64,000 bases of DNA from Dehalococcoidia bacterium (GTDB lineage: Bacteria; Chloroflexota; Dehalococcoidia; GIF9; DYGU01). Location: the NCBI GenBank assembly GCA_042408205.1, contig JBHOQK010000024.1:18708-82707 (forward strand), in the 5' to 3' direction. The notes beneath the pieces are model-generated. The model was not told where the DNA came from. It searched no databases and worked only from the letters and a program-made list of their open reading frames with translations. This document shows, one piece after another, positions 53,253 through 62,448 of this stretch (its first letter is position 1; the number at the start of each line of letters is the position of its first letter). The position numbers and the translations under genes were made by a program.

Positions 53253-54053
53253 TTACTTCCCTTCAAAGCGGGGTGATCTTTTTTCGCGAAAAGCAGTAAT
53301 CCCTTCAGTTCTATCTCGAGTAGTATGAAGTAAAAAATAAAGGTCAGCCTCTAAACGTAATCCCTGCTCTAAAGTCAAGTCCAGCCCTTTAATAATAGCT
53401 TCTTTAGCATATTTGAGAGCAATGGGCGCCTTTTCTTTTATTTTCTTAACTATCCGGTCAGTCTCGGAAGACAATTCTTCAGGGAAAACAACTTGGTTTA
53501 CCAGACCAATTTTTAAAGCTTCATCAGCGCTTACCAATTCACCAGTCAAAAGCATTTCTAAACTTTTACCTTTGCCAATAAGTCTCGGCAAACGCTGAGT
53601 ACCTCCATCCATAGGCAGAAGCCCATAGCTAATATAGGGAAAACCAAAATTAGATATTTTTGAAGCTATTCTGATATCACAACTAAGGATTAATTCTAAG
53701 CCTTGCCCTAAGGCATCACCATTGATAGCAGCTATAACGGGATAACGAAGGTTGGCAACTACAGAGCTAAGATTGTATTTTAGAATAAGGTTTTCAGCTT
53801 CAATGACTGATAAGGGCTGAGTTTTTTTTCCCTGAGCAGCAGCTTGCTCCACTTCATTACCAAGGCAAAAAGCCTTACTCCCGGCGCCCTTAATAACTAT
53901 AACCCGAATAGTTTCATCCTGTTCTATACTATGACACGCCTGGCGCAATTCCTGAGCTAACTCTTCATTTATAATATTGCCTACTTCAGGACGATTAAGA
54001 GTTAAATAAGCTACAGATTCCTTTACCTCATAATGAAGACAACGATACACCAT
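53253..54053 (-). CDS. Enoyl-CoA hydratase/crotonase family, degenerate active site
   Basis: TLNRPE, AINGDALGQGLE, GGTQRLPRLIG; but AFCLGNEV and FGFPY replace AFCAGAD and FGLPE. Confidence 0.88.
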   Translation of the reverse strand: MVYRCLHYEVKESVAYLTLNRPEVGNIINEELAQELRQACHSIEQDETIRVIVIKGAGSKAFCLGNEVEQAAAQGKKTQPLSVIEAENLILKYNLSSVVANLRYPVIAAINGDALGQGLELILSCDIRIASKISNFGFPYISYGLLPMDGGTQRLPRLIGKGKSLEMLLTGELVSADEALKIGLVNQVVFPEELSSETDRIVKKIKEKAPIALKYAKEAIIKGLDLTLEQGLRLEADLYFLLHTTRDRTEGITAFREKRSPRFEGK

Positions 54054-54263
54054 ACTTTCTAATTTTGCCCATTCGCCAATAACGAAAAAATGTTAATAAA
54101 CTTATCCCTGGGCGTCAAGATGAAGTATTGCCTCCCCAGAAATATAGTTAAACTATCGTTCAAGAGTATATTTAAAATCTTATCCACTTGTTGAGAGCCA
54201 ACAATTTTTAACAAAAATTTTTAAAAAATTTTTAAAAAATAACTAAAATCAAGGCAAAAGGTA

Positions 54264-54291
54264 TTGACAAATACCAGAAGCTTTCTATAAT
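54264..54291 (+). promoter_or_regulatory. Consensus sigma70 promoter of the dcw operon
   Basis: TTGACA-N16-TATAAT. Confidence 0.8.
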
Positions 54292-54325
54292 GGTAAGTAG
54301 TGGTAAAAAGTGGTAAAGAGGGGGG
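54290..54325 (+). promoter_or_regulatory. MraZ binding repeats
   Basis: 10-bp periodic ATGGTAAGTA/GTGGTAAAAA/GTGGTAAAGA/GGGGGG, matching the GTGG-N6 repeats known upstream of mraZ operons. Confidence 0.75.
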
Positions 54326-54328
54326 ACA

Positions 54329-54673
54329 TTGACAGAATTAGTTACTGATTTGAAAGAAACTGATGAATTGAACTCTTTTATAAAGAGACATGGTAATACT
54401 CCGGCTAAGCTTCAAGTACTCCTTTTCTGGGGAAGGCATCCCCGAGGCAGGTTTACTATTGATTGTATAGTTGATGCCCTTGATACCAGAAAGCTCTACT
54501 TGAAAGATGCTATTGAAACCCTAGTCGCTGAAGGGGTCCTCAGGAAACAGCAGGATAATGGTATCACCTTCCTTTCTATAAATCCCAGCTATCGCAATCA
54601 ACTTGAAGCCCTAATAAAACTTAAGGGATACCAAGTCAAATACTGGGCGAATTATTATACTCAAGAACTTTAA
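54329..54673 (+). CDS. Hypothetical protein, probable winged helix
   Basis: TTG start after GAGGGGGG; helix-helix-turn-helix then LVAEGVL and a beta-hairpin-like segment. Confidence 0.7.
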   Translation: MTELVTDLKETDELNSFIKRHGNTPAKLQVLLFWGRHPRGRFTIDCIVDALDTRKLYLKDAIETLVAEGVLRKQQDNGITFLSINPSYRNQLEALIKLKGYQVKYWANYYTQEL

Positions 54674-54700
54674 GTGTCAATATTGGATAATTAAAAAACT

Positions 54701-55126
54701 ATGTTTTTTGGCGAATATGAATATAAAGTTGATGAAAAGGGAAGAGTTCCTATACCACCTAAGTTTAGATATGAATTTAGAGAAGGGATGACGTTAACCC
54801 GAGGAGTTGAAAAATGTATTTTAGTCTATCCGATAGCTGAGTGGCAGCGTTTGGCTGAATCCTTAGCTGCCCGAGTTATGACACCAAGTAAATTAAGAAG
54901 ATTAAACAGAATTCTTTTTGGTGGCGCTTTCAGCTTGACGCTGGACGCGCAGGGAAGAGTAACTTTACCCACTCCTTTAAAAGAATATGCTGAAATCAGC
55001 GATACTGCGGTTATTGTTGGAGCCAATACCTATGTTGAAATATGGGACAAGAAATTATGGAACTCGGAAAAAACAGCTGCCGAAGAACAATTCTGGCAAA
55101 TCATAGAAAGTCTTGAGGCAAAGTAA
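54701..55126 (+). CDS. mraZ: Transcriptional regulator MraZ
   Basis: MFFGEY, DEKGRVPIP, DAQGRV, VEIWD. Confidence 0.96.
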   Translation: MFFGEYEYKVDEKGRVPIPPKFRYEFREGMTLTRGVEKCILVYPIAEWQRLAESLAARVMTPSKLRRLNRILFGGAFSLTLDAQGRVTLPTPLKEYAEISDTAVIVGANTYVEIWDKKLWNSEKTAAEEQFWQIIESLEAK

Positions 55127-56058
55127 TGAGTTTGACTGAGGTTTTGCCAACCCATATTCCAGTTTTGGTTAAAGAAGTTGTTCACGCCTTGCAAGTTCAA
55201 CCCGGGTGTAACTATATTGATGCTACTATCGGCTTAGGTGGACATGCCATAGCTATCTTAAAACAAGCTCCCCAAGTTAAACTTTTGGGTATTGACATTG
55301 ATCCTGAAGCTATAAAAATTGCTCAAACCAGGCTTAACCAGTATAAGGAGACGATTATCCTTGTAAATGATAACTTTATCAACATATCAACCATTTGCCA
55401 AAAATATAATTTTTCCCCAGTTCACGGTATTCTTTTCGACCTCGGTGTTTCGTCTTTACAACTGGATACGGCGGAACGGGGGTTTAGCTTTCAAAAAGAT
55501 GCCCCTTTAGATATGCGTTTTAGCCCAAATCAGAAATTGACTGCCGCTGAACTTGTTAACACCCTCCCTGAATTTGAATTAGCAGAACTCCTTCGCAAAT
55601 ACGGGCAGGAACGTTATAGTCGACAAATAGCCCGACAAATCGTTCGCCACCGTCCAGTGGAGACTACCACAAAGTTGGCTAAAATTGTTGAACAGGTTTA
55701 TGGCAACCGCCGAGGTAAAATCCACCCCGCTACTAAGACTTTTTTAGCTTTGCGTCTCTTTGTCAACAAAGAGCTGGAAAATTTATCTACAGCTTTGAAA
55801 CAAACTATTAACCTTCTCGCCCCCAAAGGTAGACTGGCAATAATTAGTTATCACTCTTTAGAAGACCGCATCGTTAAAGATTTCTTAAAACAAGAAACTA
55901 AAGGCTGTCTCTGCCCTCCCGAAACTTTAGTTTGCCAGTGTGGCCATATACCTACTTTAAAACTAATATCCAAGAAAGTAATTAAACCTACCTTGGCAGA
56001 AGTGGCTTCTAATCCTCGCAGTCGCAGTGCTCGGCTGAGAATAGCCGAGCGCTTATGA
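55126..56058 (+). CDS. rsmH: 16S rRNA m4C1402 methyltransferase
   Basis: HIPVL, DATIGLGGH, DLGVSS, HSLEDRIVK, NPRSRSARLR. Confidence 0.97.
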   Translation: MSLTEVLPTHIPVLVKEVVHALQVQPGCNYIDATIGLGGHAIAILKQAPQVKLLGIDIDPEAIKIAQTRLNQYKETIILVNDNFINISTICQKYNFSPVHGILFDLGVSSLQLDTAERGFSFQKDAPLDMRFSPNQKLTAAELVNTLPEFELAELLRKYGQERYSRQIARQIVRHRPVETTTKLAKIVEQVYGNRRGKIHPATKTFLALRLFVNKELENLSTALKQTINLLAPKGRLAIISYHSLEDRIVKDFLKQETKGCLCPPETLVCQCGHIPTLKLISKKVIKPTLAEVASNPRSRSARLRIAERL

Positions 56059-56120
56059 ATAAAAATTTTCAATGATTAGGGAGGCTCAGGTCAGTAAAGA
56101 AAACACTAAGGAGGAGAAAA

Positions 56121-57344
56121 ATGGCAAGAAAAATCATTTCAGCAATTGATGTTGGTACCACTAAAGTATGCACTATTGTTGCTAATCTCGATTCCTGGGG
56201 TGGTATCCAGGTCTTAGGGGTTGGCGTGGTGCCTTCTCATGGCATGCACAAAGGTGTAGTAGTTAATGTAGAAGAAGCTAAAGAATCTATTGCCGAGTCT
56301 GTAAAAAGAGCTCAACAAGCCAGTGGCGTAAGTGTTGAGTCAGCTTATGTTGGAGTTACTGGCAGACATATAACTTCCCTAAACAACCGGGGAGTAATTG
56401 CTATCCCACGTAGCGACCGTTTAGTCCGTCCTGAAGATTTAAAGCGCGTCTTAGCTGCTGCCCGAAGCATCACCATTCCCGAAGACCGAAAGATACTTCA
56501 TGCTATCCCCAGGTACTATACTTTAGATGGTCAGGAAAAAATTAAAAGTCCTGTGGGAATGCATGGTTTTAGACTTGATGTGGAAACTCATATTATTACC
56601 GCTTCTATAGCTTCAGTTCAAAATTTGGTCAAGTGCGTCAGAGGTGTGGGCATCGAAATTGAAGACCTTATCTTAGAGCCGTTAGCCAGCGGTGAAGCCG
56701 TCCTAACTCCAGAGGAAAGAGAGATTGGAGTTATCTTGGCTGACATTGGCGGTGGTACTACAGATATAGCTGTTTTCAAGGACGGAAGCATTTATCATAC
56801 CTCTATCCTCCCCGTTGCTGGATATCAAGTTACTAGTGATATATCGATTGGCTTAGGATTACCCTTTGAAGTTGCTGAAGCTATGAAAAAGAAATACGGA
56901 AATGTGACTCCCGAGCCTGACCCCCGTAAAGAAGAAATCACCATAAGTGTTGAAGATGGTCATAGTATTTCCTACAGAGATTTGTGCAATATTATCAGGG
57001 TCCGCATGGAAGAGTTAATGCGACTCATTTTATTGGAAATGCCCAGTTCTAATTATACTTCTTTAGCTCCGTCAGGTTTAGTTCTCTGTGGTGGTACCTC
57101 CAATCTTCCTGGTCTGGAAGCTTTAGCCCGCTCAATCCTCCGTATCCCCGTAAGAATTGGTCAACCTATGGGAGTTTATGGAATTACTGATGTTCTTCAT
57201 AATCCGGCTTACGCCACCAGCGTTGGACTTCTCCTTTGGGGAATTAGAAACAAAGGGCAACCAGCCTGGCAAGCTAAAAGACAAGGCGGAATTTTTGGTA
57301 ACTTCATTACCTTAATTAGAAAGTTTTTTGGCTTTGGAGGTTAG
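56121..57344 (+). CDS. ftsA: Cell division protein FtsA
   Basis: DVGTTKV, DIGGGTTD, YATSVGL. Confidence 0.96.
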   Translation: MARKIISAIDVGTTKVCTIVANLDSWGGIQVLGVGVVPSHGMHKGVVVNVEEAKESIAESVKRAQQASGVSVESAYVGVTGRHITSLNNRGVIAIPRSDRLVRPEDLKRVLAAARSITIPEDRKILHAIPRYYTLDGQEKIKSPVGMHGFRLDVETHIITASIASVQNLVKCVRGVGIEIEDLILEPLASGEAVLTPEEREIGVILADIGGGTTDIAVFKDGSIYHTSILPVAGYQVTSDISIGLGLPFEVAEAMKKKYGNVTPEPDPRKEEITISVEDGHSISYRDLCNIIRVRMEELMRLILLEMPSSNYTSLAPSGLVLCGGTSNLPGLEALARSILRIPVRIGQPMGVYGITDVLHNPAYATSVGLLLWGIRNKGQPAWQAKRQGGIFGNFITLIRKFFGFGG

Positions 57345-57380
57345 ACAAAATTAATCAAAAACTATGAGAAGGAGGCAAAA

Positions 57381-58499
57381 ATGGCAAAAACGTCTTTTAC
57401 AGCAACACCAGCACGTATAAAGGCTATCGGCTTGGGAGGTGGTGGCTCCAATGCTATAACCCGTATGGTTCGCGAGGGTATTAAAGGGGTAGAATTCATC
57501 GCTATGAACACCGATGCTCAAGCTTTAGCCTTGGCTGAAGCACCTATCCGAATTCAATTGGGAGAAAAGCTTACTCGAGGTTTAGGTGCCGGCGGTGACC
57601 ATATAATTGGCGCCAAAGCCGCTGAAGAAAGTCGCCAGATTATTCAAGAGGTTGTTAGCGGTGCCGACATGGTCTTCCTAACTGCAGGTATGGGTGGCGG
57701 TACTGGCACCGGCAGTATACCCATAGTCGCCGAGATAAGCCGCCAGTGTGGTGCTCTTACTATCGCTATTGTCACCAAACCTTTTAGTTTCGAAGGCGCT
57801 CGTCGGGCAAGAGTAGCTGAGGAAGGAATCCTTCAACTTGCTGATAAAGTAGACACTCTCATTATTATTCCTAATGACCGCCTTCTTGAATTGTGCGACG
57901 CTAAAACCAGTGTTGATAGTGCCTTCCGAATGGCTGACGATGTCCTTCGCTTAGGAGTCCAAGCCATCGCCGAAGTGGTTACTGTTCCCGGTCTGATTAA
58001 CCTAGACTTTGCTGATATTAAATCCATAATGAAAGACGCCGGACCAGCCTGGATGTCTGTCGGAAGAGCCAGTGGACAGAATCGGGCTGCTGAAGCTGCC
58101 CGAGCTGCCTTAGCCAGTCCCCTCTTAGATGTCTCTATAAGTGGTGCTAAAGGAGTGTTGTTTAATGTCACCGGTGGTAGCAGTCTTACTCTTTTTGAAT
58201 GCAACGAAGCCGCTGAAGTCATCGCTCAAGCCGTAGACCCGGAAGCTAATATTATTTTTGGTGTTGTCTTTGATCCAAAAATGGACAATGAAGTCCAGAT
58301 TACTATTATTGCCACCGGTTTTACTGCTCATTATGGAGCGGGAGCACCAACTGAATCAGAACTAAGACGAATGTTACGAGGAGTTGCCGAAGACAGCCTT
58401 GATGTTCCCTCCTTTTTGCGCCGTTCCCCTCGTTACCCCTATGGAAAACCAGTGCCTCCCCAACCAACTAAATCGCCATCACCGAAAATACCTGCTTAA
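57381..58499 (+). CDS. ftsZ: Cell division protein FtsZ
   Basis: [30 protein letters not shown]. Confidence 0.98.
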   Translation: MAKTSFTATPARIKAIGLGGGGSNAITRMVREGIKGVEFIAMNTDAQALALAEAPIRIQLGEKLTRGLGAGGDHIIGAKAAEESRQIIQEVVSGADMVFLTAGMGGGTGTGSIPIVAEISRQCGALTIAIVTKPFSFEGARRARVAEEGILQLADKVDTLIIIPNDRLLELCDAKTSVDSAFRMADDVLRLGVQAIAEVVTVPGLINLDFADIKSIMKDAGPAWMSVGRASGQNRAAEAARAALASPLLDVSISGAKGVLFNVTGGSSLTLFECNEAAEVIAQAVDPEANIIFGVVFDPKMDNEVQITIIATGFTAHYGAGAPTESELRRMLRGVAEDSLDVPSFLRRSPRYPYGKPVPPQPTKSPSPKIPA

Positions 58500-58532
58500 T
58501 ACCTGAAAATATCAATCAAAAAACCACCCCCT

Positions 58533-58571
58533 GCCAAAAGCCACCCACCCCCGGGTGGCTTTTGGTATTTT
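58533..58571 (+). terminator. Intrinsic terminator after ftsZ
   Basis: Stem GCCAAAAGCCACCC / GGGTGGCTTTTGGT followed by ATTTT. Confidence 0.75.
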
Positions 58572-58641
58572 CCTTCTATCCTTAGCTACTCCTTAATTAC
58601 AGAATGTGGACTAAATTACCCTCGCTGAATAAATCCAAGAC

Positions 58642-58670
58642 TTGACAAAAGATTAAAAATGATATATACT
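58642..58670 (+). promoter_or_regulatory. Sigma70 promoter for the T-box/trpB2 transcript
   Basis: TTGACA-N17-TATACT. Confidence 0.8.
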
Positions 58671-58689
58671 TTTTCCAAAATTAAATACG

Positions 58690-58970
58690 GTAAAGGCTGA
58701 GAACAAGACTAGTACACCTCAAAGCGGAGCTACAGAGAGTCGGGATAGGTGAGAGCCGATGCTAGCGCAGAGGTGGAATGGACTTGGGAGCCGCAAACCG
58801 AAAGGGAAAATACCCGAGTAGGCTTTGACGCAAGGGTAGCGTTATCACAACCCAGGGTATCGTCCTGAAATCAGGACCGTACCTATAACGAGATGGCTGA
58901 AAAAGCCAAGAAGGGTGGCACCGCGAAGGTAAAAAACCTCTCGCCCCTTACGCGAGAGGTTTTTAATTTT
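58690..58970 (+). ncRNA. T-box riboswitch, Trp specifier (transcriptional)
   Basis: Stem I with AGTA, AGAGA and GGTGAGA motifs; specifier GAA-TGG (TGG at 58779-58781); T-box AAGGGTGGCACCGCG at 58911-58925; terminator AAAAACCTCTCGC...GCGAGAGGTTTTT. Confidence 0.93.
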
Positions 58971-58983
58971 AAGGAGGGTAACA

Positions 58984-59016
58984 ATGTCAACTATGTCATG
59001 GACATGGCGTTCATAA
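58984..59016 (+). CDS. Putative Trp-containing leader peptide MSTMSWTWRS
   Basis: SD AAGGAGGG at 58971-58978, ATG at 58984, two TGG codons, TAA at 59014-59016. Confidence 0.7.
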   Translation: MSTMSWTWRS

Positions 59017-59079
59017 GGAAAGGCTGGAGCTATTTTTGACTAAGCTGATTTTAAAAAATAATTAAGTTAAGGAGGAAAA

Positions 59080-60435
59080 ATGAAATTTACTAAATTTATG
59101 TTAACAGAAAAGGAAATGCCAACTCATTGGTATAACGTCTTGGCTGACTTGCCTGAGCCATTACCACCTTTGCTTCACCCAATGACCCACGAGCCTACAA
59201 TCCTGCCACCACCTCTTTTCCCAAACGCCCTTAATGAGCAGGAATTTAGCCAAGAGCGCTATATTGAAATACCTGAAGAAGTTCAAGATATTTATAAAAT
59301 GTATCGTCCGACGCATCTTCACCGAGCTTACCGCCTGGAAAAGGTCTTAGGCACACCAGCTAAAATTTTCTATAAGTACGAAGGAACTAGTCCAGCAGGA
59401 AGCCACAAGCTTAACACAGCTGTAGCCCAAGCTTACTACAACAAAAAAGAGGGGGTAAAACGGCTGACTACAGAAACTGGAGCTGGGCAATGGGGAAGTG
59501 CTTTAGCCTTAGGTTGTCGCCTGTTTGATTTAGAGTGCAAAGTCTATATGGTGAAAGTTAGTTATTATCAGAAACCTTACCGACGCATTCTTATGGAGGC
59601 GTGGGGCGCTAATGTAGTACCCAGCCCCAGCCCCGACACCAATATTGGCCGGACTATATTAAGCCAAGACCCCGATTCGCCCGGCAGTTTAGGAATTGCC
59701 ATAAGTGAAGCTGTTGAAGATGCTTTTAGCCGAGATGATACTAAATATTCCTTGGGTAGCGTTCTCAACCATGTCTTACTCCATCAGACTATCATTGGCC
59801 AAGAAGCCAAAAAACAGATGGAAAAAGCTGATGCCTATCCAGATATTATTGTTGGCTGTATTGGGGGTGGCAGTAATTTTGCTGGCCTCTTTCTCCCCTT
59901 TATACCTGATAAATTAAAGGGGAAGAAAATAAAAATTATTGCGGTAGAGCCTGAAGCTTGTCCCAGTGTTACTAAAGGAATTTATACTTGGGACTACGGT
60001 GATGTTGCCGGACTGGCACCATTAGTCAAAATGTATACTCTGGGACATACTTTTATTCCACCTAAGATTCACGCCGGTGGACTTCGTTATCACGGTATGG
60101 CACCAATAATTTGTCATCTCTATCGTCTTGGGCTTATTGAGGCAAGAGCTGTCCACCAGATACCAGTTTTCAAAAGCGCTGTCGAATTTGCCCGAGCTGA
60201 AGGCATTATCCCAGCTCCAGAGCCTTCCCATGCTATAAAAGTAGCTATTGACGAAGCTCTAGCCTGCAAAGAATCAGGAGAAAGCAAAACGATTCTTTTG
60301 GCTCTCAGTGGACATGGTCATTTTGACCTTCAAGCTTATGACGAATACCTCAGTGGGAAACTCGAAGATTATGAGTACCCCAGAGAACTGGTAGCAGAAG
60401 CTCTATCCCATCTGCCCAAAGTAGAGATAAAGTAA
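59080..60435 (+). CDS. trpB2: Tryptophan synthase beta chain, TrpB2 type (stand-alone)
   Basis: [46 protein letters not shown]. Confidence 0.94.
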   Translation: MKFTKFMLTEKEMPTHWYNVLADLPEPLPPLLHPMTHEPTILPPPLFPNALNEQEFSQERYIEIPEEVQDIYKMYRPTHLHRAYRLEKVLGTPAKIFYKYEGTSPAGSHKLNTAVAQAYYNKKEGVKRLTTETGAGQWGSALALGCRLFDLECKVYMVKVSYYQKPYRRILMEAWGANVVPSPSPDTNIGRTILSQDPDSPGSLGIAISEAVEDAFSRDDTKYSLGSVLNHVLLHQTIIGQEAKKQMEKADAYPDIIVGCIGGGSNFAGLFLPFIPDKLKGKKIKIIAVEPEACPSVTKGIYTWDYGDVAGLAPLVKMYTLGHTFIPPKIHAGGLRYHGMAPIICHLYRLGLIEARAVHQIPVFKSAVEFARAEGIIPAPEPSHAIKVAIDEALACKESGESKTILLALSGHGHFDLQAYDEYLSGKLEDYEYPRELVAEALSHLPKVEIK

Positions 60436-60464
60436 AAATTTGTTTCATTACTGGAATTGGGGGC

Positions 60465-61235
60465 TTAGACATTCACTTTCATACCCTCATACCCAATCCT
60501 AATGTCAGCCCCCAATTCCATAGCCACTTCGGTTATTTCTGCCTTAATTTCTTCCTCAAACTGAGGCACAGTATGAATAACTATAATAGGAGGTAAATAC
60601 CCTTTGAGCTGACGAAACTTTATTAGTTCCTGTTTCAGTAGTTGAGACGAAAGATGCCCTGCCTTTTGCAGTTTTTCTTCCCAGGAGTTAAGACCGCTAA
60701 CTTCGGTAATAAGTAACTGAGGGGAAATGCGTTCCCAACACGCCTCCAGTCCCGGACCAGTATCAGCAGTATAAAAAAAGCTTCTTCCTTCGGAAGAAGT
60801 AACCAAATAACCAACGGAAGGAACCGGATGATTTACCGGGAAAGGTAATACTTTGTACCCTTCAATAATCTCCTCCTTATAAGGCTCAATAATGTTAAAC
60901 TGTAAGGATGGCTTTTCTTTAATAGGAAACTCAGCCACCTTAAAATAAATCTTACCGTCAAGCAAACATAAGTTAAGAATATCAAAAGTTTCCTTAAGAG
61001 TATAAACTTTTACCGGAGACCAAAAAGCAGAATTCATCCCTAAAGTTAAAAGGTCACGAACATGGTCGAAATGATGATGGGTAATTAAAAGAGCTTTAAT
61101 TTTCTTTTGTTCGGCGAAGGACAAACTAACTGTTAGCCCCCCAGCATCTATAGCTAAAACACCATCAACTAATAAGCTAACCAAGCGTGTCTTTTCAGAT
61201 TCAATACAATGAGCCCCTAAAATACAGATCTCCAT
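60465..61235 (-). CDS. Metallo-beta-lactamase fold hydrolase (class II cAMP phosphodiesterase-like)
   Basis: IDAG, THHHFDH, HPVP, YTADTG, GHL. Confidence 0.8.
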   Translation of the reverse strand: MEICILGAHCIESEKTRLVSLLVDGVLAIDAGGLTVSLSFAEQKKIKALLITHHHFDHVRDLLTLGMNSAFWSPVKVYTLKETFDILNLCLLDGKIYFKVAEFPIKEKPSLQFNIIEPYKEEIIEGYKVLPFPVNHPVPSVGYLVTSSEGRSFFYTADTGPGLEACWERISPQLLITEVSGLNSWEEKLQKAGHLSSQLLKQELIKFRQLKGYLPPIIVIHTVPQFEEEIKAEITEVAMELGADIRIGYEGMKVNV

Positions 61236-61334
61236 TCCCTTTCTCCTTAAAATTAACTATATTAACGGCGGTAAATTCTACCATAGGTTAACATTAATTT
61301 AGAATCCCTTTTATGTTAAAATAACGGTAATACC

Positions 61335-62438
61335 ATGAAGAGACGAAAAAAAATCAACTTAATCCTACTCACTTCCCTCCTTTTTACAAGCCTGATTATA
61401 ACAGGAATAAATTGCCTTTATCCTTCACCTAAAGTAATAGAACCACCACTTTCAATTAAGCCAACAAGCAATTATACCTCAGGCATACCAATAGATCCTG
61501 CTTGGACACCTCCTCCTCAAAAAAGTGAATCAGTTCAGCCTACTTTATCTATTCCCGAAATAGTTAAGAAGGTATCTCCCAGTGTCGTAGCTATCCAAAC
61601 CGAAGTAATCGCTTATGACATATTTCTTCAGCCGATCCCCCGTCAAGGTGCTGGTACCGGTATTATTATTGACAGTCAGGGCTATATTGTGACTAATAAC
61701 CATGTCGTCGAAGGTGCCAAAAATATAAAAGTTACTTTAAACGATGGCAGACAATTTAACGCCATTAAAGTAAATCGAGATCCTTATACCGACCTAGCTG
61801 TTATCCAGATTGAAGCTACAGGTCTACCTAAGGCAGAGCTGGGACGCTCTGAAGATTTAGTTGTTGGTGAAGGTGTTGTGGCTATCGGCAATGCCTTAGC
61901 TTTACCTGGTGGACCCACTGTCACTTCTGGCATTATTAGTTATCTGGGACGCTCTATTAGAGTGCCCACTGGGATTGTTCTTTATGACCTTATCCAGACT
62001 GATGCTGCTATCAACCCAGGTAACAGTGGGGGACCTCTGGTAAACATGTCCGGACAGGTTATTGGAATTAACACTGCTATAATTGCTGAAGCTCAGAATA
62101 TTGGTTTTGCCATAAATATTACCTCAGCTCTTCCAGTTATAGAACAATTAATTCGAAAAGGGTCAGTCGCTCATCCTTATTTAGGGGTAATTGTTCGTGA
62201 TTCTCCTACAGGTGAAGGCGTCATCATTGATTATGTTGAATTGGACAGCCCTGCCGATAAAGCTGGTCTTAGAAGAGGCGATATTATCATTCGCTTTGCT
62301 GGAGAAAATGTGACCACAGCACAGCAATTAGTAAAACTAATAAGATCCCAGGAGGTGGGTAAAAAGGTAGAAATAGTATTTATAAGAGAAGGAAAGGAAC
62401 ACCGAACTACAGCTATATTAATAGCCAGAAGACGATAG
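61335..62438 (+). CDS. HtrA/DegP-like serine protease with one PDZ domain
   Basis: N-terminal membrane/signal segment, TNNHV, DLAV, IQTDAAINPGNSGGPL. Confidence 0.94.
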   Translation: MKRRKKINLILLTSLLFTSLIITGINCLYPSPKVIEPPLSIKPTSNYTSGIPIDPAWTPPPQKSESVQPTLSIPEIVKKVSPSVVAIQTEVIAYDIFLQPIPRQGAGTGIIIDSQGYIVTNNHVVEGAKNIKVTLNDGRQFNAIKVNRDPYTDLAVIQIEATGLPKAELGRSEDLVVGEGVVAIGNALALPGGPTVTSGIISYLGRSIRVPTGIVLYDLIQTDAAINPGNSGGPLVNMSGQVIGINTAIIAEAQNIGFAINITSALPVIEQLIRKGSVAHPYLGVIVRDSPTGEGVIIDYVELDSPADKAGLRRGDIIIRFAGENVTTAQQLVKLIRSQEVGKKVEIVFIREGKEHRTTAILIARRR

Positions 62439-62448
62439 GTTTATATTT

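Noticed and set aside
57833-58222. 129-aa minus-strand ORF, and the similar short antisense ORFs throughout the track
   Set aside because: They lie wholly opposite well-supported genes such as ftsZ, with no independent evidence
58515-58566. Second AAAACCACCC copy upstream of the ftsZ terminator that could form an alternative pairing
   Set aside because: The main 14-bp stem is much stronger and the downstream gene has its own promoter, so no switch is needed
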